Positions 1 through 18,051 of a DNA stretch of 64,000 nucleotides are shown here, piece after piece. A program made the position numbers and the translations under genes. The notes beneath the pieces were generated by a model, which saw only the letters and a list, made by a program, of their open reading frames with translations, ran no database searches and was not told the origin of the DNA. Source of the DNA: the human T2T-CHM13v2.0 reference genome, Homo sapiens. The DNA lies in NCBI RefSeq assembly GCF_009914755.1, contig NC_060925.1; one strand, written 5' to 3'. Within the stretch, counting starts at the first letter, position 1. Every line of letters begins with the position of its first letter.

Positions 1-152
1 TTGTCTTATTTATATACTACCAAGATATAATTAAAGAAGATATAACTTTGAAATTAAAATCCATATTCACAGTAAATACAACTTCAGTTCAGGTCTTTGC
101 TACAATAAAATGAGATTTGTAAATAACTTAGGTTTTTCTGTTTGTTTTTTAG

Positions 153-279
153 TTATTAAGTCGAAAAGACAAAACTACCTTTGAAAAATTAGAATATGTA
201 ATGAGTAAAGAAGATAACTACAAAAGACTCAGAGACTATATAAGTAGCTTAAAGATGACACCTTGCATTCCCTATTTAG
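153..279 (+). CDS. RALGPS2: RALGPS2 coding exon (~exon 8), CDC25/RasGEF domain: [42 protein letters not shown](G)
   Basis: Polypyrimidine tract plus AG at 151-152 and GTGAGT donor at 280; 127 nt open frame containing the RasGEF 'PCIPYLG' motif; phase matches the next exon at 44233. Confidence 0.95.
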
Positions 280-1495
280 GTGAGTTATGTCACTGTGTGT
301 TTTTTGTTTCTAGTTGTTACTCTTCCTTACTCAGTAATTTATGTGAAATTCAAGGTATTTTTTAAATGTTTGTATCTTTTAAATAAATTACTTCAAGATT
401 GGTAAGCTGAAAAAAATGACTAAAGATAGTTGTTACCCTGTTACCTGGAATGTATTTTCATATTAGATTAGCCTTTTGCCCTCAAGGTTTTTCTTAGACT
501 ATTATGTTTTCTTAGAGTAGGACCATATAGTAAAACAATATTTTTAGCTGTTTTAGTAATGCTTTTAAAGAATATAATAGTTCGTAATGATGTTTAATAC
601 ATTAAGGAAATTGATCAAAGTCCTTATATAGTGAGGAGATATTTTAGTGTGAATTCTGAAGTAGTCTCAGTGCATATTGGTATTGTTGTTTACCTGAATG
701 AAATGAGTTGATTCACTGTGGCAATTTAGCTTCGTGCTGAGACAGTTCTGTATTTCGCATCTCATCTAATTAAGAATTTATCTCTTTATTATATATCTTG
801 TAGTGCTTATAAATTCAAGAAGTATTTAACCAGTAATATTATAAGATTATTTTTAACAAAATATGAATAATGCTTTGTTAGGTGTTTGAATGAAAAGAAG
901 ACCCAAATAAGTTGTTCTTTTAAATAGGTATGTAAATCAAACATAAGGAAAATACATGATACATACCTAGCATACATTAAAATGAATTGATTTGATCCTA
1001 TGTAGAGAGTAATCAAATGATGAAGATTTGGTGCTTTCTGGTCCTCCCCACCCCCCAGATTTTGTGTTTGATGAAATTACTCACACTAAATTTCAAGATA
1101 GCTATTTCTGAGAGTGATTACAGTGTCACCTTGAAGTGTTTACAGTCCCAGTGACTAGAAGACAAAGAAGGGACAAAGGCAGTTGATACATGCCCATTTA
1201 GCTACTATAGAACATCAACCTTAGTTTCCCAGAGAAGAGTTTAACTCTTTAGAATATTGTGGGACACCCTAGGATTGCAGAGAATGGGGACCTATTGTGT
1301 ACCTTGTGTTGAAGGCAGAATACCCCTAAGCACAGTAGAGTTAGTGGCCACTGCATCCCAGAATATTTTGTCCTGTTTCTTTGATAAACAGCTTAGGATC
1401 ATAGTAAGCATGACTCTTATCAGAGAGGCTCTAAGCTGGATATTAGGAGAAAGACATTCTGTATGTGCTTTACATTTTTAGGTTGTTGCTGTCAT

Positions 1496-1805
1496 TGTTT
1501 GTTTTGTTTTGTTTTGTTTGTTTTTTGAGACAGCCTCGCTCTGTTTCCTAGGCTGGAGCTCAGAAGTGCGATCGCTGCTTGCTGCAGCCTCTGCCTTCCA
1601 AGTTCAAGTGATTCTCCTGCTTCAGCCTCCCAAGTAGCTGGGATTACAGGCAAGCACCACCACGCCCAGCTAATTTTTGTATTTTTAGTAGAGACAGGGT
1701 TTCGCCATGTTGGCCAGGCTGGTCTTGAACTCCTGGCCTCAAGTGATCCGCCCATCTCAGTCTCCCAAAGTGCTGGGATTGTAGGCATGAGCCATCACAC
1801 CCAGC
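1496..1805 (-). mobile_element. Alu (S-type) with (TTTTG)n-degenerated tail
   Basis: Reverse-complement Alu dimer consensus; explains ORF 1492..1788. Confidence 0.93.
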
Positions 1806-2026
1806 GTGGTGCTCTGTGTTTTACCATAGCCTTGGCTGTGCCCATACTTGCAAATATAATTTGAGGAGAGAAGGAATAGGGAATTTTTCAAAAATAATAC
1901 CTTCACAATTCAGAAGAATGTGTACTTTTTATAGTATGAAGAACATTAGACTGAGAATTGGCAATCCTCAATTCCACAATGACTCTACAGTCCTTATTTT
2001 TCAAGTCATTGAATTTTCTTCTTTGA

Positions 2027-2422
<396 letters not shown>

Positions 2423-3499
2423 TAGTGATGTCTTCTAATTAACTTATTTTACTATCGAGAAAACCAAGATCCAGAAAGGTAGAAGACCTGGCTCATAGTC
2501 CTAAGACCTAGTTACTGACAGGTCTGCATTCTGAAGTCTTAACCTAGAGAGCTCCAATTATACCTGCTGAACTCTCATTTTAAAATTTACCAATTTTACG
2601 ATTGCTTTCTTTTTCTCATTGAAATATGTTTTTCTCAAACTAAATTTCATAATTTGTATCTTCTAGAAAAGAAAATTAAGATTATTTTCCATTCAAAATG
2701 AGAAAATAAGATAATAGGAATCCTTATGCTGTGATTTCTAGTTGGGGACCTTCTTGTACTCTTGGACCTTCTTGACATTTTTCCACAGTGGAGACATCAG
2801 TACAGGATTGAAGCTGTGTACGTCTGTATATGTGCTCAGGTACATTCATGCACTCTCATGCACACACAGAGAGAAAGTTGGGGAAGAAAGCACTAGCCAA
2901 GTTGGAGTTTAGTAGAATCAGGAAAGGTTTTCTAGTGGAGAATATACCTCTTCTGTCTCAGCCCCCGACCTGAAACAAAGAGTAATCATACCTACGGGTT
3001 AAAGCAAATGCGGAAAATGTTGAGGTACAGATGTTAATTTTGAGAAAATATTACAAGCATTGTTTTTCTCGTATCTTCCATTTTTCCCATCATCTCCAAT
3101 GACTCCTTCTTTTTTTCAGTTCCCTTTCATTTTATATGTTCTCATGATGTAGGATCTTACGTTTCACTCTCACCGTGTAGTTCTGCTTCACTTTATACTT
3201 AAGCCAATTTAAAAGTATCTCATTCTTGTTGTCACCTTTTTCTCCATCTTCACTCTCTAGAAATTTTCCTAATAAGGTCACCAGTGACTTCCTGGTTGAA
3301 ACATTTTATAGATGTTTCTCAAGCCCCATCTTAATTGTGTGAGGGTTGGTGTCAATTATTTCTCCTCCTTGAAATTCTCCACAAGTAGCACCAGTCTTTC
3401 TTGGTTTCCCTTCTACATTTCTGGCTTTTATTAGCTGCTCTTACTCTACCTTTGTCTCTTAAATGTATTCTTGAGAGGTCTCAGTCCACTTCTTTTCTT

Positions 3500-3809
3500 T
3501 CTTTCTTTTTTTTATTTTTATTTTTCAGAGACAGGGTCTCACTCTGTCATCCAGGCTGGTGTGCAGTGGCATGATCAGCTCACTGCAGCTTCAAACTTCT
3601 GGACTCAAGCGATCCTCCCACCTTAGCCTCTGCAGTAGCTGAGACTACAGGTGTGCACCACCAAGCACAGCTAATTTTAAAATTTTTTTTGTAGAGACAG
3701 GATCTCGCCATGTTGCCCAGGCTGATCTCAAACTCCTGGCCTCAAGCAGTCTTCCTGCTTCAGCCTCCCAAAGTGCTGGGATTACAGGTGTGAGCCACTG
3801 GGCTCAGCC
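3500..3809 (-). mobile_element. Alu (J-type)
   Basis: Diverged Alu dimer; perfect TSD AGTCCACTTCTTTTCTT at 3483-3499 and 3810-3826. Confidence 0.92.
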
Positions 3810-5297
3810 AGTCCACTTCTTTTCTTACTCTATATAATCGGAGTGGTCTCATTCAGGTTTTTTCTGTATATTGCCTGATCTTCCAAATCTAGACTGAATC
3901 TGTCTAACTTTGTATATCACTGTATATTTTATATCTATCTGTATATCTTAGCTATCTACTTAATCCCTGGGGCCGTCTAACATTTTTAGGTACTAAAATA
4001 CTGATTCATTAAGTGAGAAAAATCTACAGGTATCTCCCATTCAACATGTGCAGAAGTGAATTCATCATGTCTTCTTCTTCCTCCAAACTTGATCCCCATC
4101 TGATCTCCTAGCTTTCTCTACCAGTGACCAGTCAGTGTAGTAGTATTGACACTGCGGTACCACACTACAGCCTGGTGTTTTAATGCATTTCTGTTTCCTC
4201 CTCCTCTGCTTCTCATATTCTCTAGTAAAATGTATGTGTCTGAGGGTTACCCAAGAATTAGAAAACAAAAGGCAGCGGGGAGGGTTCCAAGATGGCCGAA
4301 CAGGAACAACTCCAGTCTACAGCTCCCAGCATGAGCAACACAGAAGACAGGTGATTGATGCATTTCCAACTGAGGTACCGGGTTCATCTCACTGGGGCTT
4401 GTCGGACAGTGGGTGCAGGACAGTGGGTGCAGCCCACCGAGCATGAGCCGAAGCAGGGCGAGGCATCACCTCACCCGGGAAGTGCAAGGGGTCAGGGCAT
4501 TCCCTTTCCTAACCAAGGGAAGGTGTGACAGAAGGCACCTGGAAAATCGGGTCACTCCCACCCTAATACTGCACTTTTTCCAGAGGTCTTAGCAAATGGC
4601 ACACCAGGAGATTAGATCCCGTGCCTGGCTCAGAGGGTGCCACGCCCACAGAGCCTTGTTCATTGCTAGCACAGCCATCTGAGATCGAATTGCAAGGCGG
4701 CAGCGAGGCTGGGGAAGGGGCATCCGCCATTGCTGAGGCTTGAGTAGGTAAACAAAGCGGCCTGGAAGCTCAAACTGGGTGGAGCCCACCGCAGCTCAAG
4801 GAGGCCTACCTGCCTCTGTAGAATCCACCTCTGCAGGGCATAGCTGAACAAAAGGCAGCAGAAACCTCTGCAGACTTAAATGTCCCTGTCTGACAGCTTT
4901 GAAGAGAGTAATGGTTCTCGCAGCACAGAGTTTGAGATCTGAGAACAGACAGGCTGCCTCCTCAAGTGGGTCCCTGACCCCCAAGTAGCCTAACTGGGAG
5001 ACACCCCCCAGTAGGGGCAGACTGACACCTCACACATCTGGGTAGCCCTCTGAGACGAAGCTTCTAGAGGAACAATCAGGCAGCAACATTTGCTGTTCAG
5101 CAATATTCACTGTTCTGCAGCCTCCGCTGCTGATATCCCCACAAACAGGGTCTGGAGTGGACCTCCAGCAAACTCCAACAGACCTGCAGCTGCGGGTCCT
5201 GACTGTTAGAAGCAAAACTAACAGAAAGGACATCCACACCAAAACCCCATCTATATGTCACCATCATCAAAGACCAAAGGTAGATAAAACCACAAAG

Positions 5298-6306
5298 ATG
5301 GGGAAAAAACAGAACAGAAAAGCTGAAAATTCTAAAAATCAGAGCACCTCTCCCCCTCCAAAGGAATGCTTGCCAGCAACAGAACAAAGCTGGATGGATA
5401 ATGACTTTGACGAGTTGAGAGAAGAAGGCTTCAGATTATCAGACTTCTCCGAGCTAAAGGAGGAAGTTCGAATCCGTCGCAAAGAAGCTAAAAACCTTGA
5501 GAAAAGATCAGACGAATGGCTAACTAGAATAACCAGTGTAGAGAAGTCCTTAAATGACCTGATGGAGCTGAAAACCATGGCACAAGAACTACGTGACACA
5601 TGCACAAGCTTCAGTAGCCTATTCGATCAACTGGAAGAAAGGGTATCAGTGATTGAAGATCAAATGAATGAAATGAAGCGAGAAGAGAAGTTTAGAGAAA
5701 AAAGTAAAAAGAAACGAACAAAGCCTCCAAGAAAAATGGGACTATGTGAAAAGACCAAACCTGCGTCTGATTGGTATACCCGAAAGTGACAGGGAGAATG
5801 GAACCAAGTTGGAAAACACTCTGCAGGATATTATCCAGGAGAACTTCACCAACCTAGCAAGGCAGGCCAACATTCAAATTCAGGAAATACAGAGAATGCC
5901 ACAAAGATACTCCTCGAGAAGAGCAACTCCAAGACACATAATTGCCAGATTCACCAAAGTTGAAATGAAGGAAAAAATGTTAAGGACAGCCAGAGAGAAA
6001 GGTCAGGTTACCCTCAAAGGGAAGCCCATCAAACTAACAGCAGATCTCTCTGCAGAAACTCTACAAGGCAGAAGAGAGTGAGGGCCAATATTCAGCATTC
6101 TTAAAGAAAAGAATTTTCAACCCAGAATTTCATATCCAGCCAAACTAAGCTTCATAAGTGAAGGAGAAATAAAATCCTTTACAGACAAGCAAATGCTGAG
6201 ATATTTTGTCACCACCAGGCCTGCCTTACAAGAGCTCCTGAAGGAAGCACTAAACATGGAAAGGAACAACTGGTACCAGCCACTGCAAAAACATGCCAAA
6301 TTGTAG
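5298..6306 (+). pseudogene. L1 ORF1 (p40), disrupted
   Basis: MGKKQNRK start at 5298; frameshift near 5700 and in-frame stop at 6079-6081 split it into ORFs 5157..5789 and 5746..6081. Confidence 0.9.
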
Positions 6307-6369
6307 AGACCATTGATGCTAGGAAGAAACTGCATCAACTAATGAGCAAAATAACCAGCGAACATCATA

Positions 6370-10183
<3,814 letters not shown>

Positions 10184-11632
10184 ACAATGAGATCACATGG
10201 ACACAGGAAGGGGAATATCACACTCTGGGGACTGTGGTGGGGTGGGGGGAGGGGGGAGGGATAGCATTGGGAGATATACCTAATGCTAGATGACGAGTTA
10301 GTGGGTGCAGTGCACCAACATGGCGCATGTATACATATGTAACAAACCTGCACATTGTGTACATGTACCCTAAAACTTAAAGTATAATTAAAAAAAAAAA
10401 AAGAAAGAAAGAAACCAAAAAGGGAAAAAAAAACAGAAGGAAATTAAGAACATACACTATAGCATCTGCATAATTTTAGATACTGGTATTCTTCATATAG
10501 TTCATCCCTATCTGGGTATGTGAAGAAGCATCTTGATTGTGAGATTATTGTGGACTCCTGGGCATAAATATTTGGTAGACATGGGAAAGGAAAATGAAAC
10601 ATTTGTCAGATGAGTTTTTATGACTCAGTTTAGTTCGTTTCCAGTATGAAAATCATCCTTTTAATGTAATGACTGCTTTGCCTTATAGCAAACCGTTAGA
10701 TTAAATGTATTTAATCTATTAAAACATACATGGTTTTGATTCAGAATCCTTTTCTATTCATGTGAAGGGAGGCTTAGTACAGTTGACAAAAACTTCAGCA
10801 TTTATAAATGCTGTACATTTGATAGAAGTTGCCCTAAGAACAATTAAAAGGTAAAACTCATTATGCAAATTGGTAGCTTCATTTAACTATTCCTCTTCAA
10901 GTATACAGAGTTTGCATAATGCTATGCTTTATTCATTATGTCTGCAGAGGTTATTATGGAAAGAATATATCCATGAAATATCTATAGTGCATAGAAAAAA
11001 GGTAACCGCTAATGATTTCTTAACATGAGGTATATGGTCCAAACTAATAGTTTTTTCTCCCCTAAAAATGAGAACCAAAACCTACCAATTTTTGTGAAGC
11101 TTGTAAAAGGGAGTAGAGTCCTATATGCTGGTAAAACTCTTATTTTGATACCACCAAATTTATCTGTAGTTCAATGTGGATTAAATTATAAGAAGTAGAA
11201 ATGTTTTCTCGGCTCTCAACTCATCATCCCTTGAAAAATTGTCTCTTCTGTTGGTTTGCATTCAAGGTAAAAATTAGTCAGCTTGGACAATATCGTGAAA
11301 AATTCTTAGAATAAGGATATAATTTGTCTAGAGAGGAATAGTTGGCAAATCTGAAGGAAAAAATTGCTTTATAAGAGAATTATTGCTTTTAAATCTGAAA
11401 GTCATTAACAACACTTATTTGTTCTTGTCATTGGAGAACAGTCTTAAGGGGCTTGTTGAAGAATTTGGCATGGTAAGTTTTATTTTGCTGACGAGAGCAA
11501 ACTAGAATATTGTGAAAAAAATAATTTAGTTATATGAAACATCATAAATATTCTTTAATGTGCTTTTTCTAAGCCTCATTTCTACTTTATGTACTACAAA
11601 GATGCAGTAGCTCGACCAAGAAAGCATATTTT

Positions 11633-11852
11633 GGCTAGGTGCGGTGGTTCATGCCTGTCATCCTAGCACTTTGGGAGGCTGAGGCAGGTGGATCACCTGA
11701 GGTCAGGAGTTCGAGACCAGCCTGGCCAACATGGCAAAACCACGTCTCTACTAAAAAATACAAAAAATTAGCTGGGTGTGGTGGCACACGCCTGTATTCC
11801 CACTCCAGCTTGGGTGACAGAGCAAGACTCCATCTCAAAAAAAAAAAAAAAA
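11633..11852 (+). mobile_element. Alu (S-type) with large internal right-arm deletion
   Basis: Jumps from CCTGTATTCC directly to CACTCCAGCTTGGG at ~11800; A tail follows. Confidence 0.9.
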
Positions 11853-13822
11853 CCATATTTTTTGAACTGTGGAAATCAGTAAATTGTTGCAGTACTCTGT
11901 ACTGCTTCCTATTAAGTAGAAGCAGAATGTAACAGAAAAGTTTTTGTAAAATCTCTAGCCCTCTGTAGAATGTGAGTATACTCTTTTGGTGGATCTAGAT
12001 ATGACTCCTTTTTCCTGTTGGAGAGAGACTTCTTCCCCTTCCCCATTTAATTTTTAATTTAATATGTCAGGTTTTCATGATAGTACTTTTTTGTTAGAAG
12101 AGAAATACTTTTCTTATAACCCTCTGTAATATAGTGTTCCTTGCCTACTGCTCTCTGAAAAGCACCCTGTTTATGATATTTTCATTAATCTGTCTCCTCC
12201 TCAACAGAATGTAAGCCCCTATTTGTCTTGGTTTAAGGGTTTATCCTTACAGCATCTAGAACAAAAGTAGTCATATAATAAATGTTTCTTGGTTCAACTA
12301 ATTATCCCTTTCTAGCTCTTCCCATTGTTTCAGTGATTTTGATTTAATTTCTGTTTAAACAATAAATGTATTTGTGTGGCATATTTGCATGGGTCAACTC
12401 CTTACCCACCCCTGATTTTTTTTGTTGTTGTTATTTTGTTTTGTTTTTGGTGCCTCAGCTGGCACCTAGTATTTACTTAGCACTGTGCTTGGTGCTAAAT
12501 ATATAGCAAGAGATTACAATGGGCTTTGTCCCTGCCTTTATAGAACTTAATATCTCTGGAATTACAAAGGTCCAGGATATCATTAACCTCATGAATAATC
12601 TCTCCTCTTTTCTATATCCTGGAAGAGATGCATATCATTGCCTTGTGCCTTACATTGTTAGTGGTGTCCTTATCATAGTTAATGACATTTTTAAAGCATA
12701 CCTAAAATGATAAGAATCTTACCGATTTGGTTTTCAGTCGTTTTTGCATATATTGAATTGTTAAATATTCAGTAGAATATAGTTATTTAGTTTTAGAAAT
12801 TTCTAACTCATGTAAAAATGTTTTCAAGAATAATAGTTTTGTATTCATATTTCTATTCAGATAATTTCAACAAAGTCCAAGTCTTTTTGCTGATCTGTAG
12901 GAATTAAAAGGAGATTTTTCCTCTCGTTTGATAGAATTTTTCTTCAATATGTAAGGCTCTGACACTGATCTCAGAAATGCCTGTTGGTCAATAAATGTCA
13001 TTGGCTTTTAATATTTCAAGTTTTATTCCATTTTCCTTTCTTTAGTTTGATTTGTCAATAATATACATTATGGATTACCTTACCCTATTCTTTTAATTAT
13101 ATGTTGTTATATATTGTATACTAAAACAGCAGTAAAGCATCTTCACTGATTTTCTTTTGGATTTGAGAATAAGCTCTGACCAAATGGCAGCTAGCCCCTT
13201 TTCTTTAGCCAGAATTACATCCCCATTTTCCATTACCTCATTTATATATTTTTTTACCCTCACTCTTTTATATATTTAAAATTCCTCTAAATTCTTTGTT
13301 GATATGTTTTCTGAAGTTTACTTTAGACCAAAGACTTCTGAAATAAAAGAGCTGGGGGTGGGGTTGTGTTAATTTCATCCCCATGTTCATAGTGTTTTCT
13401 TTAAGTGCCTTGTCTTTCTAAAAAAATAAGAACAGCAGCTATACAGATCTGCATGCTAATTGTAAACAGAATCAGATTCCCCTAACAACAGTTTTACCAG
13501 TGGTGTTTCCAACTGTGAATATTTCAGTGATTTGTTTTGTAATTTTTTTAAGCAGGCTTTAGCAGGAAAGTAATAATTTCAGTAACATTTATTCAACACT
13601 TAGGCCTATATAGCTGACACTGTACTTTATATAGATTATCTAATACATAACAGCAGTTTTATAAGGTAAATGATACTTGTATTTTACAGGTGAAGAAACT
13701 GAGACAAAGGAGTTTAAATTGACTTGCTGTAAAGATACGTATTTCATTCACAGCTCAAAGAAAGCATTATGGATTACATTAAAATTTGGGGTATCTGTGT
13801 TCAGGTTAAAATTTTGAGTTCA

Positions 13823-14198
<376 letters not shown>

Positions 14199-14761
14199 CT
14201 GAAAAGTGAGCTAGTTTAAGATAAGATGGCCATTTTTTCAGGGCGAGGTCATAGCCTTGTAAGTGGAATCATTGTTTTCTTACTTGGTTATTTTTCACAG
14301 ACACTAGAATAAAAAGACTAAAAACTTGTTAGGGTATAATAATCTTTAACTTACTACAAAGATTAATTTAAATATATGTAAACCATATTACTTTAGTACA
14401 GATTTATAAGTTATTTAAAATGTTTTTATGATTGTGGAAGGTTTATTCTGCTGCTTATATTACCAGCAGGAGTCCTAAGAAATATAATGCTAAGAGAATA
14501 GCACTCTCCTGTCATGACTCAGAGTTAAGTAAACAGTAGAATGAAAATTGATCTTTATTCTACGAGGCATGAAGCCCAGAGATAGTGTATTTGTAGGTGT
14601 CTACTAAATTTCAAGTTGCTGTCTAATTTTGGCATTTTCCAAAATCTCAAATTTTTAAAATCTGCTTCAGGAGGTCAGGTGTTCTAGGCAATGATGGCCT
14701 CCCATTTAGTCCAGAATAGAGTCTATATCTGTTGTAGGATAAAATTCATTAACTTATTCTT

Positions 14762-15065
14762 GACTGGACACAGTGGCTCACACCTGTAATCCCAGTGCTT
14801 AGGGAGGCCAAGGTGGGAGGATCACTTGAGGCCAGGAGTTTGAGACCAACCTGGGCAACACAGTGAGACCCCATCTCTACAAAGAAAATACGAAAATTAG
14901 CTGGGCATGGTGGCATGCACCTGTAGTCCCAGCTACTCAGGAGGCTAAGGTGGGAGGATTGTTTGAGCCCAGGAGTTCAAGATTACAGTGAGCTAAGATC
15001 ATGCCACTGCACTCCAGCCTGGGTGACATAGTGGGACCCTGTCTAAAAAAAAACAAAAAGAAAAA
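14762..15065 (+). mobile_element. Alu (J-type)
   Basis: Full dimer with J-type GGAGGATTGTTTGAGCCCAGGAG; A-rich tail. Confidence 0.92.
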
Positions 15066-15399
15066 TTAAGTAAAAGAATCCTTCTATAAACCAGCTCTAA
15101 GAGAAGGTTGTAGTTCAGTCTTACTGAAGATAAGGCAAACCCATCTTTATTCCTAGATGACCTGCAAAGTAGGTAGCTCTTGGACCTTACCTACCACACA
15201 AATGAGCTAACCTGGTCTTTCACAAGACTCTCTTTAGGCTGAAATTCATACTATGTCTCTTCTTGCCTTAAGTTTTCTTTTTATTTTTGGTCCAGCCACT
15301 TAACTGCCTACTATAACAGCTGTCATGGCTTTGTTAGATTTGCAAGTGAAGATAATGGATCAATGTAATTTCATACCCGAAAACTTGGATATTGTTTTG

Positions 15400-15677
<278 letters not shown>

Positions 15678-15774
15678 TAAAACACGTTTGTTGATCACCT
15701 ACTCTATGCAAGGTGCTATGATTTGTATTGCAGAAAGTACGTAGATGAGTAGTAATAATATGATAGTTTAAATC

Positions 15775-16000
15775 TGAGTACTTACGAATGTCAAGCATTA
15801 TTCTTAATGTTTTACCTGTATTAACTCATTTATTTGATCGTCACAAAAACCACGAGCTAGATATTCTTATTATACCCCATTTTATAGATTCAGGCTGAGA
15901 TAGGAGTTTATAAATTGCTCAAGGTAACACAGCTAGCAAGTGGTAGAGCTGGGCCACAGACCCAAGCAGTTCTGACTTCAGAACCTACACTAACTATCAT
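15775..16000 (-). mobile_element. MIR SINE relic
   Basis: CCCCATTTTATAGAT...AAGGTAACACAGCTAGCAAGTGGTAGAGCTGGG core similarity; boundaries approximate. Confidence 0.7.
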
Positions 16001-16274
16001 ATAATACCGCTTCTTATTCTCTCCTCTCAAGAAACTTAGTTGCCCAAGTTATTATGCTGTCTAGGAACTTCAGAGTAAAATAAATCAGCTCTCTGAAGGA
16101 GAGCAGAATGGGCCCATTGGCTAAGGCAGTTTAGCATTCAGCCTAGTTTTCCAAGGTTGTATGTTGACTTTCAAATTCTAGTTTTAATGATATTCTTCTG
16201 TGAAAATTCTGTAAGGCTTGTCTTTGATAAAGTTTTGGGTGTTTAAATGAAATGATATACTGCTTTCAATAACT

Positions 16275-17863
16275 GAGAAGCCTTGGTAAAGTTTTATTCA
16301 CTTAAGATTTGGTGTAACAGTTAGATGCCCAGTTCCTTCCAGGAATCTTATAACAGATTCTTTGGTTCTGAAGGAAGTGGAGAGGGACTGAAAAACCAGT
16401 TTAAGATGACCACAGGTAAAACAAAGAATAATACCACTATGAGGTTTGGATATTTTGTTTAATTTGTTTCACCAGAAGTTTTATTTTGAGATGTGGCAGA
16501 TGAAAAACATTGGTCATGTTGATGGATTTGAGTTGTCCAAATGATTATCTTCACATTAAGCTATTCCCATGCATAGTTTGCCTCACACATTTCAATTCGA
16601 GGTTTTCTTTTTGCTTAAGCAAAAGTTTCATGAGCTATCTTTAAAATTTTAACTTCACAAATATATTAAGGCAAGGTCACCTCTAAGCAGTGAATATGTA
16701 TTCCTGAAAGGAAATTGTTCCAGAAAGTCACTAGTAAAGTTGTTGATTGCAAAGATGAGTTAAAGACACTGTGAGACTAAGCGTTACATACACTGTAAAA
16801 TGAAATTAGCAGTTTGGACTAAGCTATGCCCCTGTGGCTTCTGCTCTGGAGCTGTTGAATTCTCAGTATCGGGAAAACAGCCAACAGTTCCTTGAGTTTG
16901 TTTTAGTCCCACCTGTTCTGAGCATGCACTAATACTTGTAAAGCTGTCCAAACTTTCTGATTTGAATTGCAGATTGGTTGGGTTTTTTTTTCTTTGTAGT
17001 AGTAAGATCAGTAAATTAGAAAAAAAGTAATAATAAATTAGAACTATAATTCAGATCTGTAGCACACTAAATATTCTGCATTTTTGTAATACCAATATTT
17101 TGCTGATTTTAGAACTACATAAAATGCATTTCTGGAGATTTTGGTGTTCAGCATATCATATGAAGATAACACTGAAAAATTCATTCATAGATTTGTCTTT
17201 ATAAATTGACCATTTAAATTATGCATGCATTATTTTTGGGTTTTTTTTTATTTTTAAAAATGATATGTATTTAATACTATGGGTCATGTTTTGGGAAAAT
17301 CAGCATAGGATATATTATTAAGAATTCAGATTTAATCATTACGTGTGAAAGGCACAAATTCAATTTGAAATAACTTTTATTCAATGGAAGAAGCATTTTC
17401 TATTGGCAAAACTAGAGGTTTCTCCCTAATTTTCTGTCTGTATTTTTATAAATAAAATGCATTATTTGGCTGAAATTTTAAAAATATTTTTTTCACTAGA
17501 CGTTAGAGCAATCTTAGATTTTAAATAAATTGTTAAGTATCTTGAACATGTTATTTATGATTTAAAATATAGCTAAGATTTGCTTTACATTGTGGCAAAT
17601 ATTTACATTTTAGAAAACAAACTTTGTATTTAGTCAACATAATTTTTAAAATAACTAGGTTGTGGATACACATAATTTTCTGCAGTAATTGACGACAGAT
17701 GAAACTACATTTATAGGTTCCCTTTTATAGTTACGGTAAAATTCATTTTAAAAACTTTCTGTGTAGAAATAAATTGTGCCAAGTAATATACATGTAACAT
17801 TTACATTTTTAAGAGCTGAAAAGTACAAAGTTCTGTGTCATTTAAATTGGCGAGTGTCTCTCT
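16275..17863 (-). other. ANGPTL1: ANGPTL1 3'UTR (approximate distal end)
   Basis: Repeat-free AU-rich stretch after the stop codon; AATAAA on the minus strand at 16293-16298; further proximal AATAAA candidates near 16480 and 17377. Confidence 0.65.
16293..16298 (-). terminator. Candidate distal ANGPTL1 poly(A) signal AATAAA
   Basis: TTTATT on the + strand near the end of the repeat-free UTR block. Confidence 0.55.
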
Positions 17864-18051
17864 TCAGTCAATAGGCTTGATCATCATCTGAACTGCTCTT
17901 AAGGAGTATGACCCGCCTCTGTATTCGGCCCAGAAAATTCCATCTTGGTGCTTGCTTCTGTAATGGCCTCCTCTGTACCATACTCCATTTAGGTTAGAAT
18001 GTGCACAGGCATTGTACCACCAGCCTCCTTTATGAAAGTGGGCGCAGTTTC
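17864..18051 (-). CDS. ANGPTL1: ANGPTL1 last coding exon, fibrinogen domain C-terminus (GNCAHFHKGGWWYNACAHSNLNG...MMIKPID*)
   Basis: Acceptor TTTTTTCCTCAAAG; 188 nt; FReD motif GGWWY..C..SNLNG; TGA at 17864-17866. Coding exons sum to 823+194+271+188=1476 nt = 491 aa + stop. Confidence 0.96.

Noticed and set aside
5157-5789. 210-aa ORF as a novel protein
   Set aside because: It is L1 5'UTR plus a frameshifted ORF1 remnant.
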